Positions 19,034-25,379 of a stretch of 26,065 bases of DNA are shown one piece after another. The position numbers and the translations under genes are program-made. The notes beneath the pieces are model-generated. The model ran no database searches. It had not been told where the DNA came from and saw only the letters and a program-made list of their open reading frames with translations. Position 1 is the stretch's first letter; each line of letters begins with the position of its first letter. The DNA comes from a virus. Lineage: Duplodnaviria > Caudoviricetes. The stretch covers positions 1-26,065 of the IMG/VR virus record IMGVR_UViG_3300042992_000231; one strand, written 5' to 3'.

Positions 19034-19272
19034 GCTTGCCTCGCTTTCAGCATGGCGTCTGCCACAAGATATGCGGTGCGTTCTGCATATGTCGGCCACC
19101 CACCTTGTGGCGCTGGCCCATTGGCAATAATCAACGCTTGCATCGCCTTGGCTGCAAAGTAGTCGCGCAGGGTCATGCCGCCGTAGTAGACCTTGGTCGG
19201 AGCGTTGTAGTTATCGCCTCCATGAATGCGAATCTCTGGAAACGCTGGCCCACCTGTGTTTGTGTTGCTCAT
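19030..19272 (-). CDS. Conserved small phage protein (GPAFP...GMTLRDYFAAKAMQ family)
   Basis: Recognisable widespread phage motif; AAGGAG RBS. Confidence 0.85.
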   Translation of the reverse strand: MSNTNTGGPAFPEIRIHGGDNYNAPTKVYYGGMTLRDYFAAKAMQALIIANGPAPQGGWPTYAERTAYLVADAMLKARQA

Positions 19273-19493
19273 GTCGCTCTCCTTTGAAGCATCTCGTCTG
19301 CGTGGTCCATAGCTGCTGCGTGGACGCTGGTGAGGCCGTCGTCGCTCTCAATGACGGACCGGTCGCCGTAGTAGGCCAGCAGTCCCTGCAGCGCGAACGC
19401 CGCAAAGAAGTCCTGCATGGTCAACTCTTGGATCGACACAGGGTCCCGCTTGGCTACAACTGCTGCGATGCCCTCAAGTTTTTTTCTTGCCAT
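19269..19493 (-). CDS. Small phage protein, divergent paralogue of the TLRDYFAA family
   Basis: LTMQDFFAAFALQGLL..A..HADEML matches the downstream gene. Confidence 0.75.
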   Translation of the reverse strand: MARKKLEGIAAVVAKRDPVSIQELTMQDFFAAFALQGLLAYYGDRSVIESDDGLTSVHAAAMDHADEMLQRRAT

Positions 19494-19794
19494 TGCCGCG
19501 CCCCTTCACGTTCTGGTTGACGATCAGATCGTCCAGATCATCCGCAAGAATCTTGGCCAGTGGGTCTCCGTAGTAGCTGATGGCCTTGCACAGTTCCACG
19601 CCGTGGATGTGGCGGATGCAGTCACGCACGCCTTTGTTGTAGCCGCCATTGAACTCGTCGTCGCCCTCGACAATCAAGGTGATGGCGTCACGCACAAGGG
19701 CCGATGCCTTGCGGTTACCTGCGGCCTCCTTGAGCTTGAGGTACACATCCTCTGGCAGGTGCACCGAGTATGGGATTAAGCGCTTTGCTTCCAT
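19474..19794 (-). CDS. Putative ribbon-helix-helix DNA-binding protein
   Basis: YSVHLPEDVYLKLKEAA..ASALVRDAI beta-alpha-alpha pattern; GAGG RBS before MEAKR. Confidence 0.65.
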   Translation of the reverse strand: MEAKRLIPYSVHLPEDVYLKLKEAAGNRKASALVRDAITLIVEGDDEFNGGYNKGVRDCIRHIHGVELCKAISYYGDPLAKILADDLDDLIVNQNVKGRGNGKKKT

Positions 19795-20195
19795 GATTGG
19801 AATTCCTCGTTGATGGCCCAGAACTTCTTGGCCTTTTGTTGATCTTCTTTCAGCTCGGTTCGTGACTCGATGTCCAGCTCGCCCTTGAGCCACTCGATCA
19901 CATCAGCCTCCTTCACTTCAAAGATTTGTTCTTTGCTGTGAAGGTACTGCGCGAACTGTTTATCGCGGCACAGAATGCCTGCGGTGCGAACCGGGTCGCG
20001 GTGGTATTCCGCATCCCTGTTCATTGGCTTATCGTCGCCGTTCAGTCTCACCATAACCACTTGGTATCTTGCGCCAACGAAGTCACGCATGAGCTCCGTT
20101 GGCAGGTCGTCTGGGTGGATGTTCAAGGTCAGGATGATGCCGGTCTTATCCTGCTTCATCGCGATCTTGACAGCCTCGTATTGCAGCGTTTTCAT
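19776..20195 (-). CDS. Hypothetical conserved phage protein (139 aa)
   Basis: In-operon ORF directly after SSB; AGILC..F..YL..L.IESR.EL motif. Confidence 0.75.
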   Translation of the reverse strand: MKTLQYEAVKIAMKQDKTGIILTLNIHPDDLPTELMRDFVGARYQVVMVRLNGDDKPMNRDAEYHRDPVRTAGILCRDKQFAQYLHSKEQIFEVKEADVIEWLKGELDIESRTELKEDQQKAKKFWAINEEFQSWKQSA

Positions 20196-20197
20196 GG

Positions 20198-20581
20198 TCA
20201 GAAAGGCAAATCACTGTCGTCCATTTCAACCGGCGCTGGCTTGGTTGCTGTGCGGCGCTCTTCCTGCGGCTCGGCATCCTTACGGCCACCCTGCAGTGCG
20301 ATCTCGCTCACGCGCACATCCATGGACTTGCGCTTAGCACCTTCCTTGTCCTGCCACTCGCGCTCGGTGATGGTGCCGACCACGGTGACAGATTGACCCT
20401 TGGTGAGGTACTGCGCCAGCGCTTCACCGCGCTTACCAAACAGGGTGCAGTTCCACCAGATGGTGCCCTTGTCCCGACCTTGGCTGTCGGCCACAGAGAA
20501 GTTGCAGATGGGGTCGCCGTTGTTCAGGTACTTGAGCTCGGCGTCACGGCCCAAGCCGCCTGCGATGGTGATGTTGTTCAT
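20198..20581 (-). CDS. ssb: Single-stranded DNA-binding protein
   Basis: MNNITIAGGLGRDAELKY..NFSVA..W.NCTLFGKR.E.LAQYLTKG; acidic tail DDSDLPF. Confidence 0.96.
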   Translation of the reverse strand: MNNITIAGGLGRDAELKYLNNGDPICNFSVADSQGRDKGTIWWNCTLFGKRGEALAQYLTKGQSVTVVGTITEREWQDKEGAKRKSMDVRVSEIALQGGRKDAEPQEERRTATKPAPVEMDDSDLPF

Positions 20582-21279
20582 GCTTGCCCCTTAAATTTGT
20601 TGCGTGCTGTTTTAAATTCTTCCATGAGGACCTCGTAAGAAGAGCTGTCCGGCTCCGCCTTCATGCGGTCGAAGATGTTCTTGTTGACTCTGAACAGGGC
20701 CATCACATCAGTCTCGCTTGCCGCCTGCTCCAGACCCAGCTTGGTGGCGTCCATCACGATGCTGGCCCAGTCTGCGAATGAACCTTCTGGCTCAATCGAA
20801 ACCTTCAGTTGCCATGGGCCTTCCTTGCCCTCGATCTTGGCCGGAGGGGGTGATGCCTTGGCTGCCGTCTTTGCAGGCGCTGGCTTGGGCTTGGCTGTTT
20901 CCTCGTAGCCTGTGCTGGCGTCAAGGACATCGTGCTCGACGATCTCCATGGCGGTCATCCACAGGTATCGGCGGCTGTACGTCTCCACCGCGCCAAGGTT
21001 CTGGATGGGGTGGGTGCCCTTCAGGTTGGCCTCGGCCATGGGGCTTGTGATCACGATCACTGTTCCGTCTTCGGTGTCGGTGATGGTCAGTGTGGCGTAC
21101 TCGATGCTATAGGACACCACGCCGCACAAACCCAGCCGGTTGAAGATGGCTTGGATGGTTGGGAGAAAGTCTCCAAGCTCAAAGTAGCTGTAGCCTGCGA
21201 ACTTGTTGAGGCCTGACTTCTTGAGCTGGGTGCCCTGCAATTCAATGCGGGCCTCCATGAGTTTTTTATGAACGGACAT
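20578..21279 (-). CDS. ERF-family single-strand annealing recombinase
   Basis: KSG.NKF..YSYFEL.DFLP, QNLGAVETY.RRYL..A.EIVE.D.LD; adjacent to SSB. Confidence 0.85.
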   Translation of the reverse strand: MSVHKKLMEARIELQGTQLKKSGLNKFAGYSYFELGDFLPTIQAIFNRLGLCGVVSYSIEYATLTITDTEDGTVIVITSPMAEANLKGTHPIQNLGAVETYSRRYLWMTAMEIVEHDVLDASTGYEETAKPKPAPAKTAAKASPPPAKIEGKEGPWQLKVSIEPEGSFADWASIVMDATKLGLEQAASETDVMALFRVNKNIFDRMKAEPDSSSYEVLMEEFKTARNKFKGQA

Positions 21280-21469
21280 TTACTTCTTTCTGCTGTTGGT
21301 TTTTGGGGTGGAGCAGCCATCTGTCACCGAGCAACTCGATGGACTTCTGGCGCTTTTCTTCGTTGCGTTGCTGCATGTACTGGAGCAGCTCATCTGTGAT
21401 TGGCCCGTGCATTGGGTCTGCGCTGATCGGGTTGATGTCGAATGTCTGGAAGAGGTCTTTGACTTTCAT
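21266..21469 (-). CDS. Hypothetical protein (67 aa)
   Basis: GGAGG RBS; overlaps both neighbours. Confidence 0.7.
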   Translation of the reverse strand: MKVKDLFQTFDINPISADPMHGPITDELLQYMQQRNEEKRQKSIELLGDRWLLHPKNQQQKEVNVRS

Positions 21470-21918
21470 GCGTCCTCCCGCACGATGTGGTCTTGGTTGG
21501 CGACACTTTGCGGATAGCTACCGCCGTTCGGGGTTGACACCATAACGGAGTGGTTTCGCTGGATGGTTTCTCGCACAGCGCTCGGCTTGAACACCATCGC
21601 CATGGCGCTTTGCCAAGTATCGGCTACAGCTTTGTGTTTGTCGGACTCAAAGCGTGCGGCCTTGCCATCTTCTGCGGCGCTGCGCATTTCTGCAATTTGC
21701 TTTTTGAGGTCGGTAATCTCTGCCGCATGCTCTGAGTTCTTGGACTCCTCAAGCGACAAATCTCGGATGTAAACAAGCTCTTTGTCTTGCAGTCTTTGAA
21801 GGCTGCTCAACGTGTCCTTAAGGCTGTCCTTGATCTGCTTGATGCCTTCAAGGGCGTCCAAGTTAAAGGTCTTCGACTCAACGAGCAAGTCGATTTGTTT
21901 CATGATGTCTGCACTCAT
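21466..21918 (-). CDS. Hypothetical coiled-coil protein
   Basis: AAGGAG RBS before MSADIMK; heptad pattern. Confidence 0.7.
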   Translation of the reverse strand: MSADIMKQIDLLVESKTFNLDALEGIKQIKDSLKDTLSSLQRLQDKELVYIRDLSLEESKNSEHAAEITDLKKQIAEMRSAAEDGKAARFESDKHKAVADTWQSAMAMVFKPSAVRETIQRNHSVMVSTPNGGSYPQSVANQDHIVREDA

Positions 21919-21928
21919 CTCTGTCTCC

Positions 21929-22081
21929 TTATTTAAACCACAGCCACATGCCATGGAGAATGCCGATTGGGAACATGATTGCACCCGCCAGAAGGAAGCC
22001 CCACAGGCCCTCGCTAAAGCAAGTGAAGATGTGATTGAACCATGCAGCCATACAGACGACTGCGGTAATTATCCAGCCCAT
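21929..22081 (-). CDS. Small membrane protein (50 aa, MGWIITAVVCMAAWFNHIFTCFSEGLWGFLLAGAIMFPIGILHGMWLWFK)
   Basis: Not in the ORF track; AAGGAG RBS, fills the operon gap exactly, two hydrophobic segments. Confidence 0.75.
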   Translation of the reverse strand: MGWIITAVVCMAAWFNHIFTCFSEGLWGFLLAGAIMFPIGILHGMWLWFK

Positions 22082-22093
22082 GGGGTGCTCCTT

Positions 22094-22381
22094 TTATTGC
22101 TGCTTAGCTGGGAAAAGCTGAGACATTACGTTTTCGTACTGATCCCTGCGGCGCTCAAGCAGCGCAACCTTGTCCAGCTTGTCCAGCAGGGCGGGGAAGT
22201 TGATGTCCTCCTTGGAGCACTGCTCTTGGATGTCTGCCTCAAGGCGCACCAGCTCGTCGTCCAGCTTGGCCATTTCCAGCTCGGCTTGGCTCTTCATCTT
22301 GCGTGCGCGGATGGGTGCCAGCGACTCGGCCAGCTTCTCTTTGGACAGGGCGATGATTTCTGCGAATGGTTTGAGTTTCAT
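22094..22381 (-). CDS. Hypothetical coiled-coil protein (95 aa)
   Basis: GGAG RBS; ATGA overlap. Confidence 0.75.
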   Translation of the reverse strand: MKLKPFAEIIALSKEKLAESLAPIRARKMKSQAELEMAKLDDELVRLEADIQEQCSKEDINFPALLDKLDKVALLERRRDQYENVMSQLFPAKQQ

Positions 22382-22647
22382 GATGTTTCTCCAGTGAGTA
22401 AAAGTTTGTTGTCTGCCTTTTTAAGAAAGGCCAGTGGATCATTGGGGTCGGACTTTGGCACCTCGATGGTTGGCTGATGACCGGCAGAGGTTATCGCCCA
22501 AGCTTGCATGCGGCGATGCTCTTCTTCTTGTCGGCGGTATTGCATGTTTCGCTCGTACATCTCTCGCTCATACGAGTGGCTTGAGGTGGTCGTGTTGACC
22601 ATCATGTTTTCATGTGTGAACGAGTTTGCCGTTACTGTGAGGGCCAT
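22378..22647 (-). CDS. Hypothetical protein (89 aa)
   Basis: GAGG RBS; in operon. Confidence 0.65.
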   Translation of the reverse strand: MALTVTANSFTHENMMVNTTTSSHSYEREMYERNMQYRRQEEEHRRMQAWAITSAGHQPTIEVPKSDPNDPLAFLKKADNKLLLTGETS

Positions 22648-22655
22648 GATTTGCC

Positions 22656-22868
22656 TCAGACATCCAGCTCGCTTTGAGCTGTCTCGCCATAGGCCTCGAC
22701 CTTGACGCCGTTGCCCAATGCTTGGACCAGATCATCTTGCGATGCGACGCGGGCCGTGAATGCGTTCTTGGCTACGTGCGTGATGGCTTGTGATGCCACT
22801 GTCGCCTTGACCAAACGTGTTGCGCCGTCAGTGCTGGTGACGATGTAGATGCGGGTTGATGCTGCCAT
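22656..22868 (-). CDS. Hypothetical conserved phage protein (RIY.V..RLVKA..SQA..HVA)
   Basis: AAGGAG RBS before MAASTRIY. Confidence 0.75.
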   Translation of the reverse strand: MAASTRIYIVTSTDGATRLVKATVASQAITHVAKNAFTARVASQDDLVQALGNGVKVEAYGETAQSELDV

Positions 22869-22879
22869 GATGATGCTCC

Positions 22880-23119
22880 TTAAAATTTCCAAGTGATTGC
22901 TTTGACAGCCCACATCTGTGCGGTCTGTGCTTCGGTGATTGCGATGCTGCACATGCGTGCGATCTCGGGATTGGTGTTGACTGCTTGGCGCAGTTCATTC
23001 ATGCGGTCGATGACTTTGGCAAACTCGGCTTTGCACTGAGCAACTGCATCGTCATTGCTTGGGTTGAATGTCAGGCCCACGGCTTTTTCGCCGTAACTCA
23101 GTTCTCTGTTTTCACTCAT
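22880..23119 (-). CDS. Acb2/Tad1-like helical-hairpin protein, candidate immune-signal sponge
   Basis: C-terminal helix RMCSIAITEAQTAQMWAVKAI follows the Acb2 pattern as recalled; 79 aa; early region. Confidence 0.6.
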   Translation of the reverse strand: MSENRELSYGEKAVGLTFNPSNDDAVAQCKAEFAKVIDRMNELRQAVNTNPEIARMCSIAITEAQTAQMWAVKAITWKF

Positions 23120-24014
23120 TTACTTTCTCCTTGGTTGAAAGATACGCTTTGTGTTGATCGCAGAACTCCGCCACTTGGCAGAAGTTGCTGCAACGGACTC
23201 GATCACCGGGACGGATTTCCACGATGAACTTCTCACCCTTCTTGGCCTTTCCGGTTGCCAATGCAAGAGATTGATCTGCTGCCTCCGGCGTCTCGTGAAC
23301 GCTCGTGGCTCTGATGTTTCCCTCTTTCTTGAGGGCATAAAAAGTTGGGCGCTCCCACATCTCGTCTGATGTGCACTGTGCGACATCGCTGCCCACTTCG
23401 ATGTCGAAGAAGGCGGACTCGTGCAGGTGGATGCGCTGCTTGATGTAGGCCTCTTGGCGCTCCACCGGCCACAGTGGGATGTCGATCACCGTAATGGGTG
23501 CCTTGGGGTAGCCCTCGCGTGATGCTTCGCGGCGTGCCCAGTCACGGACGATGGCAACGATCTGGATTTTCTTGACCGTCACGCCCTTGGCTTTGTGCAG
23601 CAGGTATGCGTAGCAGTTCAACTGGTACTCCCAGTCGATCTTCTGGTTCACCACTGCGTACGCGCTGGTTGTCTTGTAGTCGCTCAGCACCGTGCCGTCT
23701 TCGTAGACTTCCTGCAGGTCGATGGCACCCGAGATGGTGAAGCCATTGACCACGGTGAACATGCGCTCCTCAACGATGTGGTGCTCGTCCTTGCCGTGCT
23801 CCAAGATGTTGTGCACAGCGGTGCCGAACAGGCTCCACACCATGTCGCTTGCGTCCTCAGTCAGGTCCTCCCAATGCTTGCGCTTGAGCTGGACGATGCG
23901 AGGGCTGCTCATCAACTCGGTGACGGACAGGTTGGCCTTACCCTTGGAGTACTGGGGGCGGGCCAGCACGTTCGTGATGGTCTCTGGCAGACCGTAGTGG
24001 TTGGTGACTTTCAT
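23112..24014 (-). CDS. PD-(D/E)XK exonuclease (RecB/Cas4-like)
   Basis: GTAVH..LE, ISGAID..LSDYKTT, QLNCY, C-terminal C..CxxxCxxxxxC. Confidence 0.85.
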   Translation of the reverse strand: MKVTNHYGLPETITNVLARPQYSKGKANLSVTELMSSPRIVQLKRKHWEDLTEDASDMVWSLFGTAVHNILEHGKDEHHIVEERMFTVVNGFTISGAIDLQEVYEDGTVLSDYKTTSAYAVVNQKIDWEYQLNCYAYLLHKAKGVTVKKIQIVAIVRDWARREASREGYPKAPITVIDIPLWPVERQEAYIKQRIHLHESAFFDIEVGSDVAQCTSDEMWERPTFYALKKEGNIRATSVHETPEAADQSLALATGKAKKGEKFIVEIRPGDRVRCSNFCQVAEFCDQHKAYLSTKEKVNE

Positions 24015-24247
24015 CCCTCGCGCTCCATAACCATAGTCTGCTTGTGCACCAGCATGAGCAAGCTGATTGCGTCATGCAAGGTCATGCCCATGGACATGGC
24101 GAAGGACGACATCAAGATGGCTGCCGATGTCACGGCGATTGCTCCACGGCCATCGGCATCCTCAATCATTAGAGGGCCGACCTTGTTGGCGATCTTGGCC
24201 GATTCAGAGAGTACATCCAAGCACTGCTTGCGTTCTTCCTCTGTCAT
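24011..24247 (-). CDS. Hypothetical protein (78 aa), first gene of the leftward operon
   Basis: CAGGAG RBS; downstream of a predicted promoter. Confidence 0.7.
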   Translation of the reverse strand: MTEEERKQCLDVLSESAKIANKVGPLMIEDADGRGAIAVTSAAILMSSFAMSMGMTLHDAISLLMLVHKQTMVMEREG

Positions 24248-24277
24248 GTGTTTCTCCTGTGTGTTGAGTGAGACTCT

Positions 24278-24306
24278 AATGTATCAGGTATAAGCCAACA
24301 ACACAA
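24278..24306 (-). promoter_or_regulatory. Leftward sigma70-type promoter for the early operon
   Basis: On the - strand TTGTGT-17nt-TACATT with extended TG. Confidence 0.55.
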
Positions 24307-24310
24307 CATC

Positions 24311-24319
24311 TGTTACGAT
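24311..24319 (+). promoter_or_regulatory. Possible rightward extended -10 promoter
   Basis: TGtTACGAT in the AT-rich divergent gap upstream of the VRR-NUC gene. Confidence 0.35.
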
Positions 24320-24353
24320 GAATGCAATATATTTTTTCATGAGGACAAACCCT

Positions 24354-24638
24354 ATGAGACGAGCTGCCCGGCGCGACGACAACGAGCAAGACATCATCAA
24401 GGCCATGCGTGCCGAGGGTGCCTACGTCAAGCAGATCAACGACGAGGGGCTGTTCGACCTGCTGGTGAGTCACCGTGGGGAGACTTTGTTGATCGAGGTG
24501 AAGGACGGTGCCAAGCCGCCATCAGCGCGGCGGCTGACGGACGCGGAGCAGAAGTTCCATGACGAGTGGCCGGGCTCGGACCTTTACATCGTGAACAGCG
24601 TGGAAGAGGCCATTGCACTGCTGCGCACCTGCGGCTAA
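24354..24638 (+). CDS. VRR-NUC domain nuclease (Holliday-junction resolvase-like)
   Basis: R.D.NE..I..A.R..GA, G..DLLV..RG...LIEVKD, LT..EQKF..W; GAGGA RBS before ATG 24354. Confidence 0.85.
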   Translation: MRRAARRDDNEQDIIKAMRAEGAYVKQINDEGLFDLLVSHRGETLLIEVKDGAKPPSARRLTDAEQKFHDEWPGSDLYIVNSVEEAIALLRTCG

Positions 24639-24641
24639 ACT
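24613..24641 (+). promoter_or_regulatory. Sigma70-type promoter P1, embedded in the 3' end of the VRR-NUC gene
   Basis: TTGCAC (24613-18)-17 nt-TAAACT (24636-41). Confidence 0.55.
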
Positions 24642-24647
24642 GAGGTT

Positions 24648-24708
24648 GTTTTTCATGTGACCTCCTTGAGTGAATTTACCCCCACCTCAGACGTGGGGGT
24701 TTCTTTTT
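24648..24708 (+). ncRNA. Candidate ~60-nt anti-SD/anti-AUG small RNA
   Basis: Lies between promoter P1 and an intrinsic terminator; 5' part TTTTTCATGTGACCTCCTT is the reverse complement of AAGGAGGTCACATGAAAAA. Confidence 0.5.
24678..24708 (+). terminator. Rho-independent terminator
   Basis: ACCCCCAC-ctcagac-GTGGGGGT followed by TTCTTTTT. Confidence 0.85.
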
Positions 24709-24717
24709 GTGGGCCTC

Positions 24718-24747
24718 TTGCACGTCCACCAACGTCTTTGATATACT
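24718..24747 (+). promoter_or_regulatory. Sigma70-type promoter P2
   Basis: TTGCAC-18 nt-TATACT with extended -10 TG. Confidence 0.7.
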
Positions 24748-24753
24748 GGAGCC

Positions 24754-24849
24754 GTTGTCGTAGCACACAACACGTTTAGAGCCGTTACACATGCATTTGG
24801 CCCCACTCCTGTGGGGGTGCTACCCAAGTGCAGTTGTAACGGCTTTTTT
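24754..24849 (+). ncRNA. Pseudoknotted leader/attenuator RNA (P4 CI / C4-like architecture)
   Basis: 5' hairpin loop GTAGCAC pairs with the 7-nt bulge GTGCTAC of a long stalk that ends in a U-tract. Confidence 0.6.
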
Positions 24850-24860
24850 CATTTGTGCCG

Positions 24861-25035
24861 ACTGCTTAAAGATGGTGAATGCGCAGGCTGATGCGCCAGA
24901 CAAAAGACACTCGGATGTTCGGCGCTCTGCGTTGGCAAGACCCTTAACGGCATCCCGGTGCTCTAGTAGTTGACCCCTGTTTTCCGAAGCGGGGGATGCC
25001 GGGATTCTCAGCCCCGGCCACCATCTTTAAGCAGT
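24861..25035 (+). ncRNA. Structured tRNA-shaped RNA with kissing loops, closed by a perfect 17-bp stem
   Basis: ACTGCTTAAAGATGGTG/CACCATCTTTAAGCAGT; hairpin loops GGCTGA and ATTCTCAGC are complementary. Confidence 0.65.
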
Positions 25036-25040
25036 TCCTC

Positions 25041-25270
25041 GACTTCCGTACTCCGCACGACAGCAGGGGCCGCAAGTGGGGCCGCTCGGAAGGAAACCGC
25101 GACACGGTATGACCTTGGTCTAGGGGGCAGTTCCCGAACAATCCGTGCGGCTGGTCGAATCATCAAGCCGGGGGTAGAACGTAGCCAACCGTTCACATGA
25201 TGATCCTGCATCGCAGGGGTGAAGCACCTTTCTCCTTCCTTACTCCACCGTTGTGGGGTAGGGGGGGTCT
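25041..25270 (+). ncRNA. Putative multi-stem structured RNA
   Basis: Stems CCGCACG/CGTGCGG, ATCATCA/TGATGAT, GAACG/CGTTC, CCTGC/GCAGG and a 15-bp G-U-containing terminal stem. Confidence 0.45.
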
Positions 25271-25301
25271 TTGGGTGAAATTAACCTAGTACCCTCTTAT
25301 T

Positions 25302-25335
25302 GGCCAAGCTGCGTTTGCTGTTGGCCTTTTCTTTT
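25302..25335 (+). terminator. Possible + strand terminator ending the ncRNA island
   Basis: GGCCAA-13nt-TTGGCC followed by TTTTCTTTT. Confidence 0.45.
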
Positions 25336-25350
25336 GGCAACTCCGGTCGT

Positions 25351-25379
25351 AAAAAAACCCGCGCTGTGGCGGGCCTTTT
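25351..25379 (-). terminator. Rho-independent terminator of the GIY-YIG gene (possibly bidirectional)
   Basis: A7-CCCGC-gctgtg-GCGGG-ccTTTT just past the stop codon of the - strand gene. Confidence 0.75.

Noticed and set aside
23112-24014. CRISPR-associated Cas4 / CRISPR array
   Set aside because: No repeat-spacer array or other cas genes seen; context indicates a phage recombination exonuclease
24522-24656. 44-aa - strand ORF with a perfect AAGGAGG SD
   Set aside because: Antisense to the conserved VRR-NUC gene with only 4-nt SD spacing; the + strand promoter and terminator favour an sRNA, though the ORF is not fully excluded
24881-24900. Hammerhead ribozyme core (CTGATG)
   Set aside because: Sequence is CTGATGC, not CTGATGA, and there is no suitably placed GAAA
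24861-25035. Canonical tRNA or tmRNA
   Set aside because: No GTTCRA T-loop, anticodon arm, alanine acceptor identity or tag frame; kept only as a tRNA-shaped RNA
24791-25211. Short ORFs in the non-coding island (24791-24973, 24944-25141, 24970-25200, 25008-25211)
   Set aside because: No convincing RBS, mutually overlapping, atypical composition, and coincident with strong RNA structure
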